DNA of 64,000 nucleotides from Octopus bimaculoides. Its lineage: Eukaryota. The DNA is taken from positions 157,085,082 through 157,149,081 of the forward strand of contig NC_068981.1 of the NCBI RefSeq assembly GCF_001194135.2, in the 5' to 3' direction. The translations under genes and the position numbers were made by a program. Positions 1 to 14,650 of this stretch are shown here, piece after piece; position 1 is the first letter of the stretch; each line of letters opens with the position of its first letter. The notes below the pieces were generated by a model, which was given only the letters and a program-made list of their open reading frames with translations, had not been told where the DNA came from and made no database searches.

Positions 1-285
1 CGCAAAGGAAATACATCTTTACCCAACCTGAGGGATGTGCAGGAGAAGGAGAGAGAGAGTAGGAGGCAGCAGGATAGAGATGGTGGAAAAATGCCAGGCA
101 TACTCACAAGGGACGGGGATCAGAATATAGATGGAATGGTGAATAAAGGAAGAGAGATATACAGATGAGGGCATACCCTTGAAGTTCAAAACGCCATAAG
201 TGGCAGGATATTGTGAAGGAAGTGGGGGAGTGAGTGGCAAAAAACTGAGTATGTATAGAGTCAGGGAGCTACCGGATAGCAATGA

Positions 286-1800
286 TCATGAGGACAGAAT
301 TGGGGAGTGAGGGCTAGGGGCTTTCCCTGTCTTCCTATCCTTAATTGCCTTACCTGTTATGCTGCTATCAATTCTGATGGCTGGTCTTTCAATTGGTTCG
401 ATATTTGGTAGACTCTCCTTCTCCCATTCATTTTCCACATTTAGTAACTTTTCATAGTGACACTTCCATGCATCTTTCTTCTCTGAGTCACTAAGTGCAA
501 GCATACCATTATCCATTTGTACACATTTCTCACCTGCTACATTTCTATATTCTCTGATACACTGTTTTGCAATCCTGAACACGTCACACCTCTGATCCTC
601 ACATTGTAGAACATTTGCAAATCTCTTACCTTCAGCTTCTCCTTTAGCTATGTATACCTGATGCCTAGCTGCCCTTTTGGCTACCTGATATAATTCTCTG
701 CTTCCATCATTTTTCCAGGCCTGTCTTGCTTTTATAGCACTATCAACCTCCTTGCTCCACCACCATATCACCCTTCATCTAGCTAGGACACTGCACCAAC
801 CACAGATTTCGTCCATAGCCCACAGGAACTTCCAATTGTCCTCTAAGCTATATGTCCGCAACTCATCCTCTCTTTCATCAGAAGCTTCCATTAGTAAATC
901 TCTAAATTTTCTTGTTTGCTGGGTCTTTGAGCTTCCATAGTCTTCTTTTCCAGATTGGTTTATTTCTCCGAGTCTTTCTAGCTCTAATTCTGAAGTCACT
1001 AACTAGTAACCTATGTTGGGAAAGACTTCACATTTTTAAGCATCCATCTATCATTGCCTGGTGAGTGGGTAGTAAATCTGGCTTATGTGCTTACCAGACT
1101 GATAAGTGATTAGGTGGCTGGTTGGTTTATTTGAAGTTAGTGTTGCAGATTATTTGCATCACAGGACTCCGGCAGTCTTGTTCCCTTCTCATTTCTAGGT
1201 CCAAAACCATAGCCCCCATGCACTCCCTGGAATCCATGGGGGTGCTGTTCAACATGTCCATTGAAGTCACTAGCCACAATAACAAAGTCTCTGTCATTTG
1301 TTGTTGGGATGGTCTGCAAAAGGATCTCATAGAATTGGTCCTTCTGCTCATCAATCAACCCAGACTGAGGAGCATAGGCAAAGATAAATATAACTTAATT
1401 TACCCATGATAAGTCTCATCTTAATTACCCTAGTACATACTCTGACTACTTCAATTACCTTATCTGCCCACTTTTCTGCTAAAAGTATGCCTACTCCACC
1501 CACTCCCTCCTTCCTGCCGACCCAGAAGAATTTGAATCTGTTTCTTACCCACGAAGAATCTAGCTAAAGTTCCCCTCCATCTTACTTCTTGCACACCACA
1601 CCAATATGGCGTTCCTCCAACATTTCAATAATCTCCCCACTCCTTCCTTTCATTGTGTCAACATTGATGGCAGTGGCCCTGAGACTGAGTATTTGGGAGT
1701 GGTGGTGATAAGGTAGTTGTGGAAATTTTGTCCTTACCTGAAATGAAGATCTGCAGAAACACTTGCCAGCTAGCATAGAGCTTTGATACATAGTTTATTC
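286..1800 (-). mobile_element. Degenerate RTE-clade LINE: APE endonuclease region and linker, fragmented by stops and frameshifts
   Basis: ORF pieces read LRATAINVDTMKGRSGEIIEMLEERHI (1582-1791), KDQFYEILLQ..VIVASDFNGHVEQ..GVHGGYGFGPRNEKG (1137-1358) and WWWSKEVDSAIK..AKRAARHQV (286-771). These are typical RTE endonuclease and linker motifs. Boundaries approximate. Confidence 0.85.
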
Positions 1801-3761
1801 AGTGAATTACAATGTGAATGTTTGTGTATCTCCTTGCCTTGAGCAATAGTTGTAAACAAGTGTCATCATCATGGAGCAGTACCTTTTGTTTCCAATCAGC
1901 TGTGAACATGTCCAGTCTTGAGGAAGTATTACCTTGCTTTGATACAGATGAGTTTGACAACAGGAAGGGCATCCAGCCTTAAAGAATCTGCCTCAATGAA
2001 TTTCTGACCTATGCTAGTATGGACAATTGCCATATTATGCTGAAGATCATGTTTGCTGCACTAATCTTAGTATGATATATATTATCTCTGAACTTTCTAT
2101 TGTAGATCTTGTTCTGTCTTAAAAGTAGACAGCCTAAAAGGAGATTTATTCTCTTTCTCAGTGATATTTTAGGGTTTCCATTGGTGTTTTGTCAGAGAAT
2201 AATCCTATGATCAAAAGTCTTTTATCTAAGACCATCCAGTATTTTTGGACATTCAGGACTACATTATCTAGAGTATCCTACAAGTATATACATCTGTAAA
2301 AGCAATCAGTCCAACAATATGCATCAACAACTTTGTCTTCATCATTTTACATGCAAATTTTGATGTTGACATGAATTGGGCAGGTTTACTGAGATGGTGC
2401 TTTATGATTGGATGCTCTTCCTGTTGCTATGAAGTCAGTTTTTTCATATGGTTAGAGATGATGAATGACCAAGACTATAACAGATATGTATTTAATCAAA
2501 TCCTAAGAAACATAAAAGAAAGTCAAGCAGGAAGGTTTGGACAGACAGATAAAATTATTATAATAGTTCTTACTCACTTCCAGTTCTGACCACACTTAGG
2601 AAAACTATCATGAATGATGGAAGGATGATAAGTGGTAAAATGCCAATTGATTATCACTAAAGCAGCATTTTACTAACAATGGTTAAGAGAGAATGGTATA
2701 TGTTCTTACTTGATTCTGTATTATATAAAGCTATATTTTTCTAAGCAAGTATACTAATGCATCTAGCTGTAGGTTTGTATCTCAGGTAATCAAGAGTCTT
2801 GTACCTTATTCGTCCATATATGACACTTCTGCCAGTATTTAAACTTTTGTTTAAGTATGAAGCTCTTTCAGTAAGGAGTAAGATTATACATGAAAACCAC
2901 AACCTTCAGTATTTACTGGTTATTATTTTATCTATGTTAATACATATGGTTGAGTGTCTAACTTAGAAATACAACAGTGGACAGGATTCATTTCAAACCA
3001 TGGTACCAGTTTTGTGCTGTATCTTCGGTAAAAACATCTCAATAGCTGTAAACAGACACCAAAAAAGGCATCATTGAAATGATATGTCTTGTTACAGTGT
3101 ATCCAGTTTTTTCCCCCCCATGAAGTGTAAAAGAAAAGTGCATCTATCAAGGATGAAATGTTTCAACATTGTGATAGCTGGGATGAACTCTAATTTAATT
3201 CATATGTCATGAAAGAAACCTTTTAAAGTATAGGGAACAAACAGATCTGTAGATTTGGATTAGATTCAATTTATAGTCTCCTTTACCGCTTTTATTATCA
3301 TATTTTTGTTAAAATATGCTCTCTGTTTCCATCAATTTTGAAATAATGAAGAATTAAAAAAAAAAAAACAACTATCATTTTAAAGCTTGTGTTTGGAACA
3401 TAAATAGTGCATTTTAAAAGAGGAGATTTGTATGATGGAACCAAGGGCAGTCTCAGGTGTCTTGATATCAAAAGGATTAACAGACCAAAGCTCATATAAG
3501 CACCCAATGATATTCTTAACATTCCTTCCTATTTTATCTGTTCATTAGATCATTAAAAAAATAGAATGAACTAAAAGGCTGTTAATCTTGTACCTATGTA
3601 AAATATCAATATACTATATCAACAAAATGAGGTACTATGAAAATATATTTTAATAATAAAGCTATTTTCAATAATCTGTTGTGGTATTTAAAAAATACTT
3701 GTTTTTTTCTGTCAGTTATGTTACTTTTATAAAACAAAAAAAAATCTTTTTTCCAATATAT

Positions 3762-4064
3762 TTATACTCCAATTGTAAAATCAGTTTCAGCTTTTTCTTT
3801 TAGTTCATTGATTTGTTGCCAAAGACTTGAAGTGCTGCCACAGAAAGAGTCACTTCTTCCAATAGAGCATGTGTCAGCTAAATGGTCATCTGTAGAATCA
3901 AAGTCATCAAAGCTTGCTAAAGAATCAGTCCAACAGAAAGTTGATGAACATTCAGAATTACTTTCTGAATGCCTGTCTTGAAGAGTAAATTTATAGTCCT
4001 GTATAGCATCACTCAGGCTCCAAAGTTGACATAAAAGGTTCAAATCCAAATGGCGAAGGCAAGC
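3762..4064 (-). CDS. FAM89: FAM89/LURAP-domain (leucine repeat adaptor) protein, last coding exon
   Basis: Acceptor ttttccag|GCT, phase 0, 303 nt. Reads ACLRHLDLNLLCQLWSLSDAIQDYK...ETDFTIGV*. Matches the FAM89A/B motif 'VGLRQLDMSLLCQLxSLxESIQEYK'. Confidence 0.85.
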   Translation of the reverse strand, partial: ACLRHLDLNLLCQLWSLSDAIQDYKFTLQDRHSESNSECSSTFCWTDSLASFDDFDSTDDHLADTCSIGRSDSFCGSTSSLWQQINELKEKAETDFTIGV

Positions 4065-4544
4065 CTGGAAAAGATTAATAAATTGTTTTCTTTAGATATT
4101 GACTAGTAATTGAAATAATTTCTCAAACAAAAAGTTTTTGACCATTTTCACTGCCTCAGTCCCAAATATAAAGAAAAAGAGCAAGTCAGCCATACCAATA
4201 ATTGTTTCTAATTTAGGTACAAGCTTAGTAATTTTGTGGTGAAGGGGTTAGTTGATTATATTAATGCTGGCGCTTCAATGGTACTTTATTTCATCAACTC
4301 CAGAGGGATGAAAGACAAAGTTGATCTCAATGTGATTTGAATGCAGGAGCCAGAATGAATGTCATAAAGCACTTTTCTGATGCTGTAGCAATTTGATCAA
4401 TCCACTGAGAGTTTCTCTAGATGTGACAAAAGCATTAGTGCACAAGGTGAAAGAAGCCAATTGGTAAGTCAAACCTGGTCAAATGATATTCATACAAAAA
4501 CTATTATATATTAGTTGGAGTGATGTCCTCATTTTGATTGTTGG

Positions 4545-5892
4545 TTTAGAGGGCCTTAGAGTCAACCTAGCTAAAACCAAAATCCTAATAAGTAGGAAGG
4601 TAGATAAAACACAAACCCCTTCAGGTAGATGGCCCTGCTCAGTATGTAGAAAAGGAGTAGGTAGTAACTCTATAAGATGTACCCGGTGCAAGCTATGGAC
4701 ACATAAGAGGTGCAGCAACATCAAAGGCAGGTTAACTAGCAAGTTAGTTTTTGTTTGTGGCAGATGTTCAGGTGCAATAAAGACTGCAAACAAACAGGAA
4801 ACAACTTCTATCTCATTCCAGGGTGAAAAACTNNNNNNNNNNNNNNNNNNNNNNNNNNNNNNNNNNNNNNNNNNNNNNNNNNNNNNNNNNNNNNNNNNNN
4901 NNNNNNNNNNNNNNNNNNNNNNNNNNNNNNNNNNNNNNNNNNNNNNNNNNNNNNNNNNNNNNNNNNNNNNNNNNNNNNNNNNNNNNNNNNNNNNNNNNNN
5001 NNNNNNNNNNNNNNNNNNNNNNNNNNNNNNNNNNNNNNNNNNNNNNNNNNNNNNNNNNNNNNNNNNNNNNNNNNNNNNNNNNNNNNNNNNNNNNNNNNNN
5101 NNNNNNNNNNNNNNNNNNNNNNNNNNNNNNNNNNNNNNNNNNNNNNNNNNNNNNNNNNNNNNNNNNNNNNNNNNNNNNNNNNNNNNNNNNNNNNNNNNNN
5201 NNNNNNNNNNNNNNNNNNNNNNNNNNNNNNNNNNNNNNNNNNNNNNNNNNNNNNNNNNNNNNNNNNNNNNNNNNNNNNNNNNNNNNNNNNNNNNNNNNNN
5301 NNNNNNNNNNNNNNNNNNNNNNNNNNNNNNNNNNNNNNNNNNNNNNNNNNNNNNNNNNNNNNNNNNNNNNNNNNNNNNNNNNNNNNNNNNNNNNNNNNNN
5401 NNNNNNNNNNNNNNNNNNNNNNNNNNNNNNNNNNNNNNNNNNNNNNNNNNNNNNNNNNNNNNNNNNNNNNNNNNNNNNNNNNNNNNNNNNNNNNNNNNNN
5501 NNNNNNNNNNNNNNNNNNNNNNNNNNNNNNNNNNNNNNNNNNNNNNNNNNNNNNNNNNNNNNNNNNNNNNNNNNNNNNNNNNNNNNNNNNNNNNNNNNNN
5601 NNNNNTAGGATTTTCGAGCGAGATCGTTGCCAGTGCCCCTGGACTGGCTTGTGCGGGTGGCACATAAAAGACACCATTTCGAGCGTGGCCGTTTTCGTGC
5701 GGGTGACACGTAAAAGCACCCACTACACTCTCTGAGTGGTTGGCGTTAGGAAGGGCATCCAGCTGTAGAAACTCTGCCAAATCAGACTGGAGCCTGGTGT
5801 TGCCATCCGGTTTCACCAGTCCTCAGTCAAATCGTCCAACCCATGCTAGCATGGAAAGCGGACGTTAAACGATGATGATGATGATGATGACT
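4545..5892 (+). mobile_element. RTE LINE 3' portion: RT motif, PHD-like finger, N-gap, 3' UTR with (GAT)n tail
   Basis: Reads GLRVNLAKTKIL..CSVCRKGVGSNSIRCTRCKLWTHKRC..FVCGRC, then gap 4833-5605. After the gap is the family 3' end with the ccatgctagcatgg palindrome and (gat)n. Confidence 0.85.
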
Positions 5893-6639
5893 ACTAAGTA
5901 GTGAAAGCAACAATCTAGGTGGGAACATCACTCTGACAAATACACAATATATAAATTCCTCATCTCAGAAATATAGAATTTTAAAAACTTAGCCTGTACA
6001 AAACTAAAAATTTTTGGTGATAGCCCAATCAGTTGTATTAGTCCAGTACTTGACTTTTACTTCATTTATTTGAATGGAAAAAAGCAAAATCAATAATAGC
6101 AAGATTTGAACTCACAAACAAAAGGAAGTAACTAAATACCTTAAGTGGCTTGAATTTAGATGAATAAGGGGTGATATGTTGAATGACACAAAAATTCAAC
6201 TGAAACTTCTTTCTGGTTTTCTTTCTCTAAATATGAGCAAAATTTCACTTAACTGACAATATTTTATGCGTCATTCAGTAAATCATAACTTAAATTTAAG
6301 CCATTGATAACATGAGTTATTTCCCTTAGCTTATTTTTAATTATGTAAATTACTACTGGCTTAAATTCTTTGGAATTCTTTAATTTCTTGAAATTATCTC
6401 CCCTTTTCTTTGGGAGTCACTAACAGTTACTGTTAGCTTTTCATTTTTTTTTGAGAAACTAAATCAGATTTTATGCATGCATTAGTGAGTACATCACATC
6501 TTGGCTTTAGTAACTAAATACCTAAAGATATTTTGTTCCTACTGTCCCTATATTACAAGAAATTGCTGAATGAGAGGAAAGAGAGAGAGAGAGAAAGTCT
6601 AATCTAAGTAGGCCAACAGAGGGAACAAATATTGAAGAT

Positions 6640-7330
6640 GACAAATATATTGTCAAAAGTGCAATCAAGGATATGAAAGCAGAGAAACGAAACAAGCTGT
6701 ACTATCAGATAGTTGCTGAAATGCTGAAAACATCCAGAGAAGTAGAATATATATTAATCCATCTCATAGTCAATATAGTGTTATGAAAGTTGGTTCTCTT
6801 ATTGAACTCATCAATATCTTTTCATTGAATGTATGTCTGATGTTTGCCCTTGTATCTAGTATTGTTGCCATATCTGGGCTAGTATCTCTACTGATGTTCT
6901 ACTAAAGTTTCTCCTCTTAAGGTGATTTATCTTTCCATTGTTGTTTTCTTTTCGAAGCGTAAGTTTCTACTCCAATAGTTCTTTTCCTTCAACAAGTTCT
7001 CTAGCTTCTTGTTTTTCCAGATATAATTTGAATTCTTTTAAATCATATGTTGATTATTACATGATTAGAGCAACTTCTCACTAGAGACCCATTTTGTATA
7101 ATTCTGAACACACTACACGATTGCTTAAATCTGCTTTATTGCTGACTTCTTGCTACCTTGAGAGAAACTTTAAAAAAAAAAAAAATCATAACAGGTAGAA
7201 CAAGCATAGCAATATTATCATCAACTGCTGTAAGGGAAAATAAGATACCCTATAGAGAAATTAACTTCAGAGGTATGCAACTGATGCACTAAGTTATGAA
7301 AGCAATAGAAAGAGTTACAGCTAAAAATAA
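6640..7330 (+). mobile_element. Highly degraded RTE RT N-terminal fragments
   Basis: Traces of 'AIKDMKAEK..AEMLK' near 6660-6740 and 'KGK.D..R.NFRGMQL..VMKAIERV' near 7230-7320, interrupted by unrelated sequence. Confidence 0.4.
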
Positions 7331-9662
7331 TTTATCAATGATGGTAATGTGGTTGAAACTCAATGGGATATCAAGTCTAATCATCTTACTATCTTAATAA
7401 TTTTCATAATAATAGTTATGACTTCCTGATAAGAAAGGAAGCCTTAAAGTAATAAGGGATAGGAAAGAGTATCTAAGACATCTACAAAGAAATTTAATAA
7501 TTTCTTCAAGAACATAACCATTATACTTTGTTTCCAGTTGATAGTTAACTTTGCTCAGATCTCATCTCATCTTTAGTTGGGGCATTTTTGGACAGGCATT
7601 GAGACTTCAAACATTATGGAGACAGTATGGTGTCCATGGTGTTTTGGTAACTTTGAATAAATCAAATGCAATCATCGCTATTTTTATGTCCACTTTGCAT
7701 ACTGGTTTAGGTTGGATGGTTATACAGGATCTAACAAGCTAGAGGACCACTTCTTGCTGGATGCCTTTTTTTTAACAACAATCACTTTATAGACTGTATT
7801 GAGTTCTTCCTTTCATGGCAGCAGCACCAGTGAAGTTGCTTCATAAATCACAAGACTAAAGACACCTTGTCTGAGAAGGAGAACAGAAGATAGAGTGGTT
7901 GCTTTATGCAGTATGATGAGAGATATAATGGGAGGAGGAGAGACAGGTTTGTTGTGGAGGAGAATCATGGTCACTCTGCAAGAGTGGGGATGGAATGGCT
8001 GGAGTGGTGCCACAAAGAGAAATGTAGTAGTGATGAGGTATCCAAACAAACACCCAAGGTAACAAGTTCAAGAAGATGAATAGAAGAGAGCATAGAAACA
8101 AAAGAAGCAACAGGGACAGTTATGGTTACAAGAGAGCAAAACAAGGGTGAGAGATGGATATAAGCATGAGGTGTAGGTAGTCAGATGTATATAAGAAGTG
8201 AGTGTAGTAAATAGTGAACAAGGGTAGGGGTGACAATAAGTAAATGTAGGGGTGGGAATGACAATTGGAAGTAAATCAGGGGAGAAAGAGCGGTGACTAG
8301 CAGCACGATACAGGTGATATGAAACAGCCTGTTAGAACAGGTTCTAATTTTATTACTTACAACGCCTACTGACAATTTATAAAAATATTTAAATCTCTAG
8401 CTCAAGCAAGCCTCTACCTCATCAGAAATGTTACAGGACACATCCATTACTTGAACTATATCGAGCAGATTATTTCACATACCTGTCCCATAAAGTGTGC
8501 AACAGTGTTTAGTCCCAGGTTAGTGCCTGATTCTGCAGACCTATGATTAAAGTCATTCCATTTAGGATCAGCACATATTTTTGTATATCAGTGTTTACTT
8601 TGTCTAATGTATTTTTTAAAATCTAGATGTGATTTGACTGTTATTTATAGCAGGTTGAGCAAAATAGGTCAAGTAAGAGAGAAAGAAAAATTTATGTGCA
8701 TGCATGCAGTTACATTAGAAAGGCTTCATTGACACACTTTTATTTTCCCCTCCATAATAAATTTGAATTACATGCTAAAATAAAAAGAAGATATGGTCAT
8801 TAACTTTTATAGATACTTTTATGTCTCATAAGTTTGACTTTATTGTTATTAAATAATCGAGTGAGCTTCTACTAAATAAAATGGTTATGCCTTTCTTATC
8901 ACTTTATGAAAGATTTCTTATGTTAGATTCTTTTAGATTTGATCTTAGCTAATTCCTTTCTCAGCCATAATCATCATCATCATTTAACATACTGGCATGG
9001 ATCAGATGGTTTGACAGAGTCTGACAAACATAAGGACAGGCTGTTAGATAAAGGTAACAGGTGCTGGGTAGCAACAGATGTAATTTGGGAGAGAGTGTGT
9101 TGTGAGTGATGAAGAAATGGGAGTCCTGGAACAGAGATGTAAGGTAATGGGTGATAATGTGTGCTTGGTGGAGAGCAGTATACATGCACATGTTACAGTT
9201 TCTTAACCACTACTCTTATGTTAGGGTGCATTTTTCTATGGGTGAGCTGGTCCTCTGTTGACTGCATACTGCTAATCATTCCTGCCTCATAATTCAAATT
9301 AAAAATATTTTCCAATAACATAGATTACAACAACTCAAGTCATCTGTCCTACATAATATTTCAAACAAACAGTTGAAGGTTATTATTTCATTGACTGATC
9401 AAGTGAATATGAGATAAAAAGGATCCCATAGTTAACACCCAAGATGGCAGTTCTATAAATTATGTGATACACATATATATACACACATATATATACATGT
9501 ATGTATATATACATATATGTATATAAATATATAATTTAGAGAAAAGAACCAAAATTCATGAACTCATCCATGAAAATCCACAGTCACATATAAAAAAATT
9601 TAATAAGTAAATACACTAAAAAGAACTATAATAAAATACAAAGTAATAATCATTAAAATAAG

Positions 9663-9717
<55 letters not shown>

Positions 9718-9856
9718 AAGGTATGTATTGGTGAACTGCTAGAGAAAGAAAATTATGTCAGGAACTTTAATCTTAAATACATAATATTTGTTAGGGAGAG
9801 TGTCTGTAGAAAAGATCTATCCCATAGCATTTGTAGGTCCCCCAAAAGAAGTTTAA

Positions 9857-10089
9857 CCCTTTAGCATTCAGATTACTCTGTCAAATGTAATGCTTATTAA
9901 TTCAAATTCTTTTGAATTAATTATGCATTATCTTGTCACTTCAAGATTTTAATGTAATTGTTTACTTTTACAATGACATTGTGTAATAAGTGATGGCGGT
10001 GGGGGGCAGATCTGGCTAGTTTGAACAAAAAAAAACAAAAAACAGGTAAGATATTTTAGCTGAAAATGGCTGATTTAAATGCTAAATGG
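9857..10089. mobile_element. piggyBac-like MITE, copy 1
   Basis: TTAA on both sides (9853-9856, 10090-10093). Termini CCCTTTAGCATT...AATGCTAAATGG. A homologous copy lies at 58274-58492. Confidence 0.75.
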
Positions 10090-10310
10090 TTAAGGTTACA
10101 ACTGTAAATTTTACTAACTTCATGTCTAGACATATATTGTCAGAAATTAACCAAACATGTTATCAACATGTAACAAAATATGGCAAGAAGCTAATTTGAT
10201 TTTTCTATACACAGCTATTTACAATTGAGAATGCAACAATTTTAATTACCACAGCTGAAATAAGACATACATACACTTCCCACACAATACTGAGTAGCTT
10301 TTTAGTATGT

Positions 10311-10349
<39 letters not shown>

Positions 10350-10906
10350 TAGAGAAGGCAAGAGGTAGATATGTGCTTATATAAATTAATTGAAAAAGAA
10401 ATTGAAAGAAAAGATGTTTTGTTGATAAATATTAAATAAAGATTGTTTAAAGGAAATCTAATCAACAGTATAGAAAGATATGGTACTTAAAATGGTTATA
10501 ACTCAAATTTCACAAAAAACAGATATTGTTCCCATAGCATTTCTGGTGTTGGGTCACCTGAATTTCTTTTACCAATTTTATCCGGTCTTCTCAGCCTTGG
10601 ACTACTCGTTATAAAAGTAAATATTGGTGTAGTTTCTAATCACTGGATTTGGTAAACCTGATGGTACCCATCTCTTCAGCACATGGGCGCCATTGGTTTT
10701 CAAGGAGTTCAATTACTTTTGGCAGGATCTGATTTCCAAGCTTAATAAAAAAGCAGTTTAGTGACCAACCACTCGATCATGAGCAGTTAGTACCGAATTA
10801 CATGGATCAGTGGCTGATTTCCATCAGCCTATTGACAGAAATGATTCTGATCTGACAAGAATACAGATCTTAATACATAAAGAAGTATGACAATAATATT
10901 AAAGTA

Positions 10907-11121
10907 TGATGGGGTGCTGAAAGTTCCTGGCTTTGGGTAAAAAAAAATACAAGAGGATCAGTTAATTACAATTTTATTCAACATATTCCCACTCAGATTC
11001 ACATGCTTATTGCAGCAGTCCTTCAGGTTTTCTAAGCCCTATAAAAATATTCAGAAGGGTAGGCTTCCAACCAAGCCTTTTGTGATACCCTTAAAGCCAG
11101 AAACTTTTCAGTACCCCCGCA
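10907..11121. mobile_element. Tc1/mariner-type MITE
   Basis: TA-flanked TIRs: TGATGGGGTGCTGAAAAGTTCCTGGCTT on the left, AAGCCAGAAACTTTTCAGTACCCCCGCA on the right. 215 bp. Confidence 0.75.
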
Positions 11122-12015
11122 TAAATAATATTCAGTTGGAAATGTAAAAATTTCAAATTATAAAGCAAATGTTGTTTACAGGGTAATTAGAAATGATCCT
11201 TAATATAGTTACCATATGTCAATAGTGTAAACAAGTTACCATTTCATATGCCATACAACAAAACAATCACATTATTTTAAAAAGAACAGTGATTCTGAAC
11301 AAGTTATAAAATACATGCACAGACAAAATAATTCCAATTCATTCTGTAAATTGGTTGGCATTAGAAAGAGTATCTACTAAAGAAACCATGCAAAAACTAA
11401 AACATTAGAAGACAGCACAGTTATCTATCTTGCCAGATCTTGCTGAGTTGGCCAACCCATGCCAACATGAAATGTAGATGTAAAATTATAAATATTAAGA
11501 AAAACTAAAATGGATAGCAAATAGCAAATCAAAGGTTAAGATGTTTTATCATTGTGGTTGTTTTAATTAATTTTGAAAATAATGAAGGATTTAGTAAAAT
11601 AATTGTCATTATTAAGCAGTTGTTGGGAAGCTTTTAATTTAGGTCACTTGAAAACAAAAAAAGCTTGTATCATAGAATTAAGGGCTGTTGAAGGCAAGTT
11701 ATTAGCATAAGGGTGAATTGATTTCAGGGATGTGCTTGGCAAGTGAGTTGAAACTGAAACAATTTTGTGACTTCTTCAACTAAACACAAAGGAAAGTGGA
11801 TGGGATGGAGTGGTTAATTGATGATACAAATCCTGAAGTCATATTTAAATAGACAAAATTAAATACAATAAATTAATTACTCTAAATCTATTATTCTTAC
11901 ATCTTGTCATCCTATTTTCCTAAATTAACATTTGAAAAGAACTAAATAACTTCTCAATAAACAATACCAAATTGAATTTGGCATAGTATAATTTCTGACA
12001 AAAATTTTAACTTAC

Positions 12016-12213
12016 CATTTCTGAACGCAAGCGTACCAAAGCTAGATTCAATTTACAAAACGAGGAATTCCTCCAGTGTTTTTGATCCAGATCATTGTCC
12101 TCTGGTGAAACATCAAAGTGTGAAAGTATTTTTTCTTTACATAAGTTTTCAAGCTTCTCTCTGGGAATTCTTTCACTTTCTTGCTGGTAACTAGTTACAT
12201 TGTTATTATTCAT
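12016..12213 (-). CDS. FAM89: FAM89/LURAP-domain protein, first coding exon
   Basis: ATG at 12213 (gataccATG) follows a plausible acceptor atttctag| at 12233. Reads MNNNNVTSYQ...CKLNLALVRLRSEM, then donor |GTAAGT in phase 0. Joins the 4064 exon to give ..LRSEM-ACLRHLDLNLLCQL, 166 aa in total. The junction matches the 'LRKEM|VGLRQLD' intron position I recall for vertebrate FAM89. Confidence 0.85.
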
Positions 12214-13668
12214 GGTATCTGTATCTACAAGTCTAGAAATATAAAACAATAGAAACCAATGTTCACGAAGGCACAAAAAGTTAAACTAAAAGTCTTTATT
12301 CACAAAAATATTTTACATGATTGTGAGACTCCACAATGCTTTACCTATTTTCATGTCTCATCTCCTCTATATCAAATGCCAAACTACCATATGCAATAGT
12401 TTGTTGGTACCATTAAGGTAGAAGCTCTATTTCAAGGGATCAAAACTGTCAGAATCCTTAGTGGGATAACTAATGAAGGTTCAATTTTCATTTGTTTTGT
12501 CTTCTACATCTTTTTACTATTTGTGCCAATTCTTTACATTCATGATTGCTAATATACAGAGCCAAGTTTTCTTGGTCCCCCCCCCCACCACTCTCTCTGT
12601 GTTTGTTTGTTTGTTTCATAAATGCTTGGCAAGGATTTAAACTGGGGATGTGTTAAATATTGCTTAAAAGGATACTATATACTATATTTCCACCATCAAC
12701 ATTTACAGGTCTATTTATCCATGGAGTGGAAGTATCAGCTGTACAATATAATACAACTCATTATTTCTCTATAAGGCTTAAGACCTCACCTTAGTATGTC
12801 TTCCATAGTATTCCTCCTCTTCAAGCAGATACCCTTTACTGACAACATTTTCCATTTATATGTCTATACAAGAACATTCATCTCTTCAGAAGATATTAAC
12901 CTATGCTTTTAATGTCTAGCTCATAACTTAATGTACCTACCTTTCTGATGCAAGTTAATTTTACATATCTAATTTCACCTGTTTCATATCTGACCAGCTT
13001 CTACAAGTCTTCAATTACATAGCATCAAACTTTTAACACCTACTTTAGAGTCTACCTTTTCTTATCATTAGTAGTTCGCTGAACTTCTTCCACTGTTTTA
13101 GCTTTTTCCAACACAAATTAGATCCGCTAGAGAGCAGTAACTATCAACTCTAACAAGTGAGCTAAGTACTCCTGTACGAGAAGTTCTAATTCTTTCAGTT
13201 TGTCAGAGATTCACTGAATCTGTTGTATAATCATAACCATATAAATTAACTACCTACTCATTTTCTATATATCAAATAAGGTCACTTGTTAGAAGGTGCT
13301 GAGATTTGTGCTGTGACTGACAAACTATTTGTCAGTTAATTATTTAATCTTTTGGAATCAACCAAAATGCCAATTTCGGCTGATTTTAAGGAATTAATCA
13401 GTTTGTTTAATCCTTTGTTAGTCAGGTTAGTCATCTTTAGACATCTCCAACAAATTCTGCAATAGAACCCAGGTCATCAGCATCTGAAAGTTCCTAAGGA
13501 CAGAAGTCTGGCAAACATCTACCTGAATATTAAATTCCATACTGAACTCACTAACAGTCCTAATTTTGAAAACAATATGGTTTTTATCCCTTAGTGACCT
13601 CCAAACTAGAATGTGTCAGCTTGCCCAAGTGAATAATTTTTTAGTCAAGAACTTCTCTGACAAACACC

Positions 13669-14104
<436 letters not shown>

Positions 14105-14308
14105 CTGAACTGAACTGAAAAGAAACTAATGGTGGCTCATGCCAAAAGGTCAAACAGCAACAAAAATCAGAAGTTGCTTTCAAATTGTGTCAGTGACCAG
14201 GTTGCAAAAGAACAGCAAAAATTTCAACATCACAGAATGTGAGTAAAAGAATATTTTCTTATATTGGTATACAGTCATGAAATTTGTATGAGAAGGTCAT
14301 TAATTGAA

Positions 14309-14650
14309 TCAACCCCAGGACAAGCCTACTACTTTATTGATTTTCAATACAGGGTAAAAATGTAAAGACCCCCTTCGGTCATGAATGACCATGAGATTGC
14401 ACCTAGAAGGTTCCCCAGGCATACTAGCCTCCTCTCTACATGCCACCGATGTTATCCAAGGAAAAGGCAAAGGCCACTGCAGCCTGGCACTAGTGATGTT
14501 GCAAATCATTTCTACAGCTGAGTGAACTGGAGCAATGTGAAATAAAGTGTCTTGCTCAAGAACACAACACACACCCTGGTCTGGGAATCAAACTCATTAC
14601 CTCATGATTGTGAGCCTGATGCTCTAATCACTGAGCCATGTGGCTTCATT
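14309..14650 (-). mobile_element. tRNA-derived SINE (third family)
   Basis: The reverse strand gives an A-box-like 'atggctcagtgattag' and a B-box-like 'gagtttgattccc', followed by a central 'gttcttgagcaagacacttt' domain. Confidence 0.65.

Noticed and set aside
4479-5816. Long ORFs of 261-445 aa spanning N-gaps (also at 13.6-14.2 kb and 42.8-43.1 kb)
   Set aside because: Their length comes from X-runs; the real bases are RTE or microsatellite sequence.
12770-13210. Purine-rich minus-strand stretch with protein-like translation (KLKELELLVQEYL..)
   Set aside because: Many stops and no identifiable domain. Probably an old LINE remnant, but I cannot classify it.
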